Part shown: positions 18,744 through 26,641 of the stretch, in pieces
How the letters are laid out: each line of letters starts with the position of its first letter
How positions within the stretch are numbered: the first letter of the stretch is position 1
DNA from: Candidatus Firestoneibacteriota bacterium
Lineage (GTDB): Bacteria > Oederibacteriota > D2-FULL-39-29 > JBBTED01
Assembly (NCBI GenBank): GCA_038042445.1
Contig: JBBTED010000096.1
Location: 1-35,024 of the forward strand
Length of the DNA stretch: 35,024 bases
Direction: 5' to 3'
Made by a program: the position numbers and the translations under genes
Notes under the pieces: generated by a model
What the model was told of the DNA's origin: nothing
The model's database searches: none
What the model saw: only the letters and a program-made list of their open reading frames with translations

Positions 18744-19073
18744 GTCATTCTGAGTTCGCTTTGGCGAACGAAGAATCTCGTATTTTATTATTTTCTTTTT
18801 TATCCCCCTTGATAAAGGGGGACTAATGGGGATTTGTAGTTATCTTGCAAGTTGGGTTAGAAAACCCAACCTATATGCGAGTGTAGTGTACCTAAGATTA
18901 GGAAACCCAACGATAGGCAGGACATTCTTGTCCTGCCGTATAAATAGCTACTATGGAAACCATTCCATAGTGTATGGAAATGATTCCATAGTTTTGGTGA
19001 AATTCTAGGTTTAAATGCATTGTCATCCTGAACTTGTTTCAGGATCTGATTTTGTAGTCGCTGATTTATCAGC
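18744..19073. repeat. Concatenated array of seven distinct REP-like palindrome families
   Basis: Units at 18744-18779, 18803-18835, 18851-18873, 18913-18937, 18951-18970 + 18972-18991, 19022-19047, 19054-19073. Confidence 0.85.
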
Positions 19074-19136
19074 ATAAAAACATAACAAAACCAATAACGT
19101 ATGCAAAAGCGCCATAAAATACAAATAATGTAGACT

Positions 19137-19152
19137 TGGCACGAATTTTGCA
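19137..19152 (+). promoter_or_regulatory. Sigma54 (-24/-12) promoter
   Basis: TGGCACGAATTTTGCA = TGGCACG-N4-TTGCA, exact GG-N10-GC spacing, 45 nt upstream of the ATG at 19198. Confidence 0.7.
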
Positions 19153-19197
19153 TATAATATAAAGAAGAGGGAATAACCCATCTTCTTTAAAGGAGAG

Positions 19198-21024
19198 ATG
19201 ACAATGGGAAACAGGATAATGACAGCGGGAAATTTTGGTAAAGCATATTATTTTGATGGAATAGATGATAATGTAAATTGTGGGAACAGTATGGCAAAAG
19301 ATCAATATGCAGAAGGAACAGTTAATGACGAGCTTAAATTTAAGTATGATTCTACAAATTATGGAGTTTCCCAATCATTTAAAGTAGGAGGTTCAGCAAT
19401 ATCATTAACAGCAGTGGAATTAAAGCTGCTAAAAGTAGGTAGTCCAACAAGTGATGGAATTAGCGTAGAGATAAGGGAAAATAATAGTGGAGTTCCAGGT
19501 AATTTAGTAACAAATGGCACATCAGAGGAAATATCTATAGGTCAAATAAATACTTCAAATGCAAGGAGTTATTTATTTAAATTTGTAACGAAGCCGTCAT
19601 TAAGTGCAAATACAACATATCATATAGTGTTTAAAGAAAGGGATGGAAGTGGATTTAATACGACGAATTATATAAGTCTTAAAGGATTTTCCAGTTCAGT
19701 GTATGGAGATGGAGTAGCGTCATATAGTAATGATATTGGTAATTGGACAAATACGAGTAAAGATCTATGGTTTAGGACATATACAGGGAATGGGTCATTG
19801 AATTTGACAGGAACTATGACAATAGAAGCAGTAGTATGTCTTTACGCTCATACTGCTGGAAGTTTTTGCATAATGGGTAAAAAAGATCCAGATAGCGCAT
19901 ATTCTGAATTAGGTGGAGGGTTTAAGATAAATATGGATGCAGGAGGAATAACTTTTGTTTTTGATAGAGGTGATGCAGAAGAAGGGTGTGCATTTGATTT
20001 GCAGGTTCCATTTTTAACATGGATGCATATAGGAATAACATACAATGAAGGTGTTGTGAAGTGTTATATAAACGGTGCACTTATAAGGACAGTAAATAGC
20101 AGTTATCAGTTAATGGCGAGTTCAAAGGAATTACTGATAGGAACAGATGGTGATGGAGGAGGGAATAGATTTTCTGGAGTAATAGATGAAGTAAGAATAT
20201 CAAAAGTAGTAAGAACATTTAGTCCATTAGGATTGAATACTCCATATAGTAATGATAGTGATACAGTAGTATTATTGCATTTTGAAGGTAATGCAAACGA
20301 TTCATCTAGTAATGGAAACAATGGAACAGTATCTGGAGCAATATTAACAGATGAGTATGGTTTGATAGCTGGAATAAATGCATCAACAGAGGCAACAAAG
20401 ATAGATGCGGCACAATTGGAAGCAACAACAGATGCAAAAAAGATAGCTACTGGAAATCTTAAAGATGGTGTATTATCTGCGGATGCAACAGGGTGGGCTA
20501 AGATGGCAGATGGATATGTTACACATGCAAAAATAGAGGATAAACATTTTGCCTATGGGCAAATATACAGAAATACAAGTCAAGGACCAATTGATAATCC
20601 GAATAGTTGGAATCAAATAGTATTTACTACAAGTACAATTCTAAAAAATATTATTTTTCAAGTTGGTATAGATGCAGGGAAAATTAAAGTTAATTATGCA
20701 GGTATATACAGAATACAATATTGGATATCAGCTATCCATCCTTCAAATTCGGGTGTAATAAAAGCAAGAATAGTAAAAAATTCAGCTGATGTAAATTCAG
20801 GAACAGAAGTTGAAGGTAGTTTTAGTATATTTGGATATACTGGAGCAGGGAACTACGGATTTTTAACCAGAGATGTTATTGAATCATTAGGTCAAAATGA
20901 GTACATAAGATTAGCAGTAGGTGGAAATTATAGTAATATGTATGTTAATGTTCCTGGAGAAAGTCCGTCTCCTGCGAATACAGTTGTGGCAATATTAACT
21001 ATAGAAAAAATAGGAGAAGCGTAA
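19198..21024 (+). CDS. LamG-like jellyroll protein with inserted beta-domain, short fibre-like segment and C1q/BclA-like C-terminal domain
   Basis: GNFGKAYYFDG.DD, W.HIGITY..G..K.YING, FSGVIDEVRIS, LLHFEGNANDSS.NGNNG; I.V..AGIY.I.Y motif; AGGAG RBS; no signal peptide visible. Confidence 0.72.
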   Translation: MTMGNRIMTAGNFGKAYYFDGIDDNVNCGNSMAKDQYAEGTVNDELKFKYDSTNYGVSQSFKVGGSAISLTAVELKLLKVGSPTSDGISVEIRENNSGVPGNLVTNGTSEEISIGQINTSNARSYLFKFVTKPSLSANTTYHIVFKERDGSGFNTTNYISLKGFSSSVYGDGVASYSNDIGNWTNTSKDLWFRTYTGNGSLNLTGTMTIEAVVCLYAHTAGSFCIMGKKDPDSAYSELGGGFKINMDAGGITFVFDRGDAEEGCAFDLQVPFLTWMHIGITYNEGVVKCYINGALIRTVNSSYQLMASSKELLIGTDGDGGGNRFSGVIDEVRISKVVRTFSPLGLNTPYSNDSDTVVLLHFEGNANDSSSNGNNGTVSGAILTDEYGLIAGINASTEATKIDAAQLEATTDAKKIATGNLKDGVLSADATGWAKMADGYVTHAKIEDKHFAYGQIYRNTSQGPIDNPNSWNQIVFTTSTILKNIIFQVGIDAGKIKVNYAGIYRIQYWISAIHPSNSGVIKARIVKNSADVNSGTEVEGSFSIFGYTGAGNYGFLTRDVIESLGQNEYIRLAVGGNYSNMYVNVPGESPSPANTVVAILTIEKIGEA

Positions 21025-21054
21025 AAAATAAGGTTCTCCTGAAATTTTAGTGAA

Positions 21055-21177
21055 TTCCCACTCTTTGGAAAAGAGGGGGAGGGGAGATTTTATAAATCAT
21101 AAATAACTCCATAATCTTTTAAAATCCCCCTTCCCCGCTTAAAGATTGCGAGGACAAGCTTCTAAAGGGGAAAATCT
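21055..21177. repeat. Degenerate family E pair with an embedded family D-like fragment
   Basis: CCCACTCTTTGGAAAAGAGGGGGAGGGGAGATTT ... AAATCCCCCTT-CCCCGCTTAAAGATTGCGAGGAC-..AAAGGGG. Confidence 0.6.
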
Positions 21178-21219
21178 ATTATTTAACCCACTAAAATCCC
21201 AGAAGAATCAAAAACAATT

Positions 21220-23550
21220 ATGCAATTTTTAAAAAAGTATTTAAAGAACTTAATGGTTATTGTTTTTTTATTAGTTATAACTTCAATTGCAAGTGCAGGA
21301 TGGAAAACTATATCATTAGATTCCTTGGAGCCATATAGATATACTTCCATTGCATTGGATAATAACAATAAAATTCATATTAGTTATGCTAGTTATGGGG
21401 GTAGCAATGGAAAATTAAAATATGTGACTAATGCTTCAGGTGATTGGGTATATGTTACCATAGATAATGTAAATACGGATGTAATGGGAACTTCAATAGC
21501 AGTAGACCATAACAATAAAGTACATATTGCTTATATTGAACATACTTCAACTGGTTACAGTAATCTAAAATATGCTACAAATGCCAGTGGTTCATGGGTA
21601 ATTTTAGAAAGTGAAAGTGGTAAGTATTCTGATCTATCAATAGCTATAGATGGTAATAATAAAGTTCATATTAGTTATTATGATACTATGAATACGGATT
21701 TAAAATATGCAACAAATGTTACTGGTTCATGGATTTTTATTACTTTAGATAGTGTTGGAATTGTCGGAGCTGGTTCATCTATTGCCATAGACAGTAACAA
21801 TAAGGTTTATATTAGTTATACAGGTGTAGGTGATACGAATGCATTAAAATATGCAACAAATATTACTGGTTCGTGGGTTATTTCTACTATAGCTAATGAT
21901 AATGTAGGTGAAACTTCTATTGCTATTGATAGTAATAATAAAGTTCATATTATCTATTATTATTATTATTTAAAATATGGAACAAATGTTAGTGGTTCAT
22001 GGGTATTTATTGTTGTAAATAGTGCTGATATTGGGAGTGTTGGAGATCATAAATCTATTACCATAGACAGTAACAATAAAATTCATATTAGTTATTATCA
22101 TTATGGCTCCCAGTATATAAAATACACAACAAATATTTCTGGAGAATGGTCATATTTGACATTGGATAAAAGTGGAGCAGATATTTCGAGTGCTATAGAT
22201 GGTAATAATAAAGTTTATATTTGTTCTGCTTCACCTACTGGTGCTTTTGTTGGTATAAAGTATGCAATAATTGATAATTCAAGATCTGCTCCTATACTAT
22301 CATGGACAGGGGAGACGGATTATGCATCAGATGGAGTGAATCCAGATGTGGTAAATAGGGGAAGCAGTGTTCAATTTAGGGTGAAATGGACAGATGTAGA
22401 TGGAGATGCGCCAGATAGCGGGTATCCAAAGGTGACTATTAAGAAAGGAACGAGTGAAATAGGGACATATACAATGCAATATGTGAGTGGAGATAATCGA
22501 ACAGGAGCAATATATAGTTATACACTTGCATTTTCATCTTATGGAGGGGAGTATACATATTATTTTTCTGGGATGGATGAATGGCATGATGTAGCAGTAA
22601 ATACAGCAGAGAAAACATTTACAGTAGTAGATACGAATGGAATAATAACAGGAAAAGTAACAAAGGCAGATGGAGTGAGTGTTGTATCAGGGGTAGGAAT
22701 ACAGCTTTTGCAAAACGGAGTAATAAAAGCAATTACTACAACAGATAGCGGTGGTAATTATTCAACAGAATATGCATCAGGGACTTATGATGTAATGGTA
22801 ACAGCAACAGGATATTCAGTTGCAATGCAAACAGGGAAGGTGATAACCGTATCACAAACAACTGTGGCAAATTTCACATTAAAAGAAGGAGGCACAGCAA
22901 TAATAATAATATCAGATGATAGTTTTGCTGATATAAGCATATCATCAGATATAGATAATGTATATTTTAGTTTTAGCAAGAGGACAGATATTGTAGATGG
23001 AATAGGGTATGAGTTAATAATGAAGGATAAAAACAGTGGAACGAAATTGGATAATTTTGCGAAGCCAATAACATTGACAATACATTGGACAATAGCGAAT
23101 GGAAAGGTGGCAAATACAGAAGTGAGTGAGTATGAAGCGCTTAATAAATTAAGTATATACTATTATGATGGGGTGAGATGGCAGAAAGTAGGCGGGTTAG
23201 TAGACCCAGTGAATCAGACAGTGAGTGTAATCACAAGCAAAGCAGGAGTGTATGCAATAAAGTCAAGTGCATCAGTAAGTTATGGAGGTAGGATATTGGT
23301 GTATCCGAATCCGTTTACACCGAACAATGATGGAGTAAATGATTCAGTAGTGTTTTACTTTGACGCAGGGACAGTGCAGCCAGTAATAAAGGTATACAAT
23401 GGAAGTGGTAGGGTGGTAAGGACGTTAGATGGAGTTGTAAGTTGGGATGGGAAAGACGATAGCGGTAGTGTGGTAGAAGCAGGATTGTATTTGTATCATT
23501 TTAGATTAGGGGATTTGAATAAGACAGGGACAGTGGTTGTGGCGAAGTGA
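21220..23550 (+). CDS. Secreted protein: 7-repeat beta-propeller, Ig/carboxypeptidase-regulatory-like domains, T9SS type-B/FlgD-like C-terminal domain
   Basis: Signal peptide ending ASA; seven S(I)AID.NNK(V/I)(H/Y)I repeats; G.ITGKVT..TDSGGNY; YPNPFTPNNDGVND...WDGKD..G..V.AGLYLY...GTVVVAK. Confidence 0.82.
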   Translation: MQFLKKYLKNLMVIVFLLVITSIASAGWKTISLDSLEPYRYTSIALDNNNKIHISYASYGGSNGKLKYVTNASGDWVYVTIDNVNTDVMGTSIAVDHNNKVHIAYIEHTSTGYSNLKYATNASGSWVILESESGKYSDLSIAIDGNNKVHISYYDTMNTDLKYATNVTGSWIFITLDSVGIVGAGSSIAIDSNNKVYISYTGVGDTNALKYATNITGSWVISTIANDNVGETSIAIDSNNKVHIIYYYYYLKYGTNVSGSWVFIVVNSADIGSVGDHKSITIDSNNKIHISYYHYGSQYIKYTTNISGEWSYLTLDKSGADISSAIDGNNKVYICSASPTGAFVGIKYAIIDNSRSAPILSWTGETDYASDGVNPDVVNRGSSVQFRVKWTDVDGDAPDSGYPKVTIKKGTSEIGTYTMQYVSGDNRTGAIYSYTLAFSSYGGEYTYYFSGMDEWHDVAVNTAEKTFTVVDTNGIITGKVTKADGVSVVSGVGIQLLQNGVIKAITTTDSGGNYSTEYASGTYDVMVTATGYSVAMQTGKVITVSQTTVANFTLKEGGTAIIIISDDSFADISISSDIDNVYFSFSKRTDIVDGIGYELIMKDKNSGTKLDNFAKPITLTIHWTIANGKVANTEVSEYEALNKLSIYYYDGVRWQKVGGLVDPVNQTVSVITSKAGVYAIKSSASVSYGGRILVYPNPFTPNNDGVNDSVVFYFDAGTVQPVIKVYNGSGRVVRTLDGVVSWDGKDDSGSVVEAGLYLYHFRLGDLNKTGTVVVAK

Positions 23551-23663
23551 CGCGAAGCGTAATTTTCGCATGCAATAGGTCAGGCATCTTGCCTGACAAA
23601 TGATGGGAAGCATAGTGTTTTTAAAAAGACACTGGATTCCCGATAAAGACATTCGGGAATGAC
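23548..23663. repeat. Cluster of three palindromic elements between the CTD gene and the barrel gene
   Basis: TGACGCGAAGCGTAA; ATAGGTCAGGCATCTTGCCTGAC (family H); CTGGATTCCCGATAAAGACATTCGGGAATGAC (family D). Confidence 0.75.
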
Positions 23664-23676
23664 AGAAATATTTGAT

Positions 23677-24675
23677 ATGAAAAAAATAACGATAATGCTA
23701 ATAGGGATGTTGGTGTTGGCAGGAGTAGGCGAAAGTGCATTTGACAATAAGCCAGGGATACGAGCAATGGGAATGGGGCAGGCGTATGTGTCAATAGCAG
23801 AAGGCAGTAGTGCAATGTTTTGGAATCCAGCAGGATTGGGTAATTATTGTAGTAGCCGATTTATCGGCGAATTAGAGTTAATGTATGCGAAGAAATATTT
23901 GGGGATAGATGACGACAATTTAAGTGATTGGTATTTGGGGTATGTGATGCCAGTAGGAGAAATAGGAAGCATAGGCATAGGGGATTTATTATTCACATCA
24001 AGCAAGTATAAAGAAAACACAGGAGTGATAAGTTATGGAAAAGCATTTGGAAATATAAGCTGTGGAGTAAGTATAAAGTTAATGAGTGTGATGTATGAGG
24101 AGAACGAGTATACAAGACTTGACCCATTGTTTAATGCAAATGGATATAACAAAACAAGAGTAGGAATAGATTTAGGAATGATGTATCAAGTTTTAAATGA
24201 ATTAAAAGTAGGAGCAAGTGTAGAGAATATAAATAAACCGAATCTGACATTAGGAGATGTATCAGGTGAGGAATTACCAATAGTAATACGAATAGGCAGT
24301 TCATACAGAATAGGGAATTTTACACCAGCAATAGATGTGTCATACAGGGACAGAAATCTAAACGGCAAAAAAGATGTGAATGTATATGGCGGAGTAGAAT
24401 ATATTGTAGGACAGACATCCAGCAGCATAGGACAGACATCTTGTCTGTCAGAAGTAGAACAGACGTCTGGTGTAGAGCAAGCATCTCGCATAGAACAAAA
24501 TTCTCGTCTGTCAGATCTAATCATCCGAGCAGGAGCAAATAAAGACGAAGTATCAATAGGAGCAAGTTATAGTTTTATCAGTAAAATGAAATTAGACTAT
24601 GCGTTTGTCTATCCATTCACCGCAATAAAAGGCATATTAGGTTCCCACCGTTTTGGCCTAACCTGGCAATTGTAA
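23677..24675 (+). CDS. PorV/PorP-SprF-like outer-membrane beta-barrel with REP-derived insertions
   Basis: MKK signal peptide; GIRAMGMGQAYVSIAEGSSAMFWNPAGL, NINKPN, LDYAFVYP...GSHRFGL; start set to ATG 23677 because ATG 23659 lies inside a repeat. Confidence 0.85.
   Translation: MKKITIMLIGMLVLAGVGESAFDNKPGIRAMGMGQAYVSIAEGSSAMFWNPAGLGNYCSSRFIGELELMYAKKYLGIDDDNLSDWYLGYVMPVGEIGSIGIGDLLFTSSKYKENTGVISYGKAFGNISCGVSIKLMSVMYEENEYTRLDPLFNANGYNKTRVGIDLGMMYQVLNELKVGASVENINKPNLTLGDVSGEELPIVIRIGSSYRIGNFTPAIDVSYRDRNLNGKKDVNVYGGVEYIVGQTSSSIGQTSCLSEVEQTSGVEQASRIEQNSRLSDLIIRAGANKDEVSIGASYSFISKMKLDYAFVYPFTAIKGILGSHRFGLTWQL
24406..24513 (+). repeat. Five tandem degenerate family H REP units, in frame (36 aa)
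   Basis: GTAGGACAGACATCC / ATAGGACAGACATCTTGTCTGTC / GTAGAACAGACGTCT / GTAGAGCAAGCATCTCGC / ATAGAACAAAATTCTCGTCTGTC. Confidence 0.82.
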
Positions 24676-24720
24676 ATTTCTATCATCTCGTAATAGGGTA
24701 GCGATTCTAAGTGCATATAT

Positions 24721-24746
24721 AGACCCTGAAACAAGTTCAGGGTGAC
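24721..24746. repeat. Family F palindrome
   Basis: AGACCCTGAAACAAGTTCAGGGTGAC, identical to 11559-11584. Confidence 0.85.
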
Positions 24747-24805
24747 ATACACTTTTCTTAAAAAGATTGATTGAAAAGTCATCTTAAATAATATAAGATA
24801 ATCAA

Positions 24806-25801
24806 ATGCAGGAGAAAATAACTGTATGTCTTCCAGTATATAATGGTGCGGATACAGTTTTGCAAACAATACACAGTGTATTAAACCAGACATTTATTGA
24901 TTTTGAATTTATAATTGTAGATAATGTGTCTACAGATGCCACATTTGATATTATTAGTTCTGTAAAAGATGAAAGAATTAAAATATATGTAAATGAAGAA
25001 AATAAAGGATGTGGCGGGAATTTAGAAGAATGCAAAAAAAGAGCAACAGGTGACATACTTTTTTATATATGTGCGGATGACGTTGTAGACAGAGATGCAT
25101 TAAAAAAAATACATAGTGCATTTTGTATTTCTGAAGACATAAGTATGGTAATAAGGCCATATTATTGGTTTGAAGAGGATGTTTCTAAACCAGTTAGAAT
25201 AACAAGGCAGTTTAGCGAAGAACAGATAGTATCAATAAATGATTCTTATGATAAAATTGTGGATGTTATTGCATTAGCAGACCAGATTTCTGGAGTTGCA
25301 TTTAGAAAAAAATATATGAATTTCCAATTTAAAAATGGATATTTTATGGAAATGCCTTCAATGGTTGCTTCAATGTTGAAAAATCATAAAACAGTTATAT
25401 TGAAAGACAATATAGTTGCTGTACGAATAGGTGCAAGTGGAGCTCTTAATCCTATTGTATATAAGAAATCTCCATTAATGTCTTGGTATAATTTAATTAC
25501 TACAACATATTCTGAAAAAAAATTTAGCGGATTAAAAAAACATTTAATTCATAATTTTATCGCAAAAAATTATATTGGTTTGGTGCAGATAAAAAATTTT
25601 GGAAGTTACACGGCTTTATTTAAAGAAATAGTTTATATGGTAAAATTAAGGTGGAAAAATATCTTAACTTTTCAGTTTTGGATTTTTTCTGTTGGCACTA
25701 TGATTATTCCAAGATTTATTTTAAGAAAACTGGTTGTGTTTTATAAAAATAAAATTAATAGCACATTGTTAAAAAACATAAAACCAATTAAGATAGTGTA
25801 A
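24806..25801 (+). CDS. Glycosyltransferase family 2
   Basis: ITVCLPVYNG...SVLNQTF.DFE.IIVDN.STD; ICADD (DxD-like). Confidence 0.9.
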   Translation: MQEKITVCLPVYNGADTVLQTIHSVLNQTFIDFEFIIVDNVSTDATFDIISSVKDERIKIYVNEENKGCGGNLEECKKRATGDILFYICADDVVDRDALKKIHSAFCISEDISMVIRPYYWFEEDVSKPVRITRQFSEEQIVSINDSYDKIVDVIALADQISGVAFRKKYMNFQFKNGYFMEMPSMVASMLKNHKTVILKDNIVAVRIGASGALNPIVYKKSPLMSWYNLITTTYSEKKFSGLKKHLIHNFIAKNYIGLVQIKNFGSYTALFKEIVYMVKLRWKNILTFQFWIFSVGTMIIPRFILRKLVVFYKNKINSTLLKNIKPIKIV

Positions 25802-25849
25802 AAATCCCCCTTTAATCCCCCTTTTTCAAAGGGGGACAGAGGGGGATTT
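25801..25849. repeat. Family E palindrome (complete)
   Basis: AAATCCCCCTTTAATCCCCCTTTTTCAAAGGGGGACAGAGGGGGATTT. Confidence 0.85.
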
Positions 25850-25866
25850 AATCAAGGGAGATAAAA

Positions 25867-26640
25867 ATGAAAGTTGTGATACTTGCAGGTGGAAAAGGGA
25901 CAAGAATTAGTGAAGAAACTCAATCTATTCCTAAACCTATGGTGGAAATTGGAGGAAAACCAATTTTGTGGCATATTATGAAAATATACTCGCATTATGG
26001 TTTTAATGAGTTTGTAATATGTTTGGGTTATAAAGGATATATAATTAAAGAATATTTTTCACATTATTTTTTGCATACGAGTGATGTAACTATTAATATG
26101 GAAAATAATAATATAGAAATTCATTCTACTACTTCTGAGCCTTGGAAAGTTACATTAGTGGATACTGGTATTGATACAATGACAGGTGGTAGATTGAAAC
26201 GAATAAAAAAATATGTTAATGGCGAAACTTTTATGATGACATACGGAGATGGTGTTAGTGATATTGATATAAAGAAACTACTTCAGGAACACAAGAAAAA
26301 TAAAAAATTTGCTACTATAACAGTTACACAAACAGTGGGAAAATTTGGAATTTTAGATATTGATAAACAAAACAATGTCCAATCTTTTTTGGAAAAACCA
26401 AAAGGGGAAAGTTCATGGATAAATACTGGTTTTTTTGTATTAGAATCAGAGATTTTTAATTTTATCAAAGATGATTTTACTATTTGGGAAAAAGAACCAT
26501 TAGAAAAACTTGCTCAAAAAGGTCAATTAATTGCTCATAAACATAATGGTTTTTGGAAATGTATGGATACTTTGCGGGAAAAGATAGAATTGGAAGAATT
26601 GTGGAAAAATAATAAGGCAGATTGGAAAGTTTGGAGATAG
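25867..26640 (+). CDS. rfbF: Glucose-1-phosphate cytidylyltransferase
   Basis: VILAGGKGTRISEET..IPKPMVEIG, EPWKVTLVDTG..TMTGGRLKR, MTYGDG, GFWKCMDTLR. Confidence 0.96.
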   Translation: MKVVILAGGKGTRISEETQSIPKPMVEIGGKPILWHIMKIYSHYGFNEFVICLGYKGYIIKEYFSHYFLHTSDVTINMENNNIEIHSTTSEPWKVTLVDTGIDTMTGGRLKRIKKYVNGETFMMTYGDGVSDIDIKKLLQEHKKNKKFATITVTQTVGKFGILDIDKQNNVQSFLEKPKGESSWINTGFFVLESEIFNFIKDDFTIWEKEPLEKLAQKGQLIAHKHNGFWKCMDTLREKIELEELWKNNKADWKVWR

Positions 26641-26641
26641 T

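Noticed and set aside
18672..19073. CRISPR array
   Set aside because: No constant repeat with unique equal-length spacers and no cas genes; the units are different palindromes plus a heptamer tract
21340..22230. Diversity-generating retroelement template/variable repeats
   Set aside because: These are in-frame beta-propeller blades with mixed substitutions, not adenine-specific pairs; no reverse transcriptase in the window
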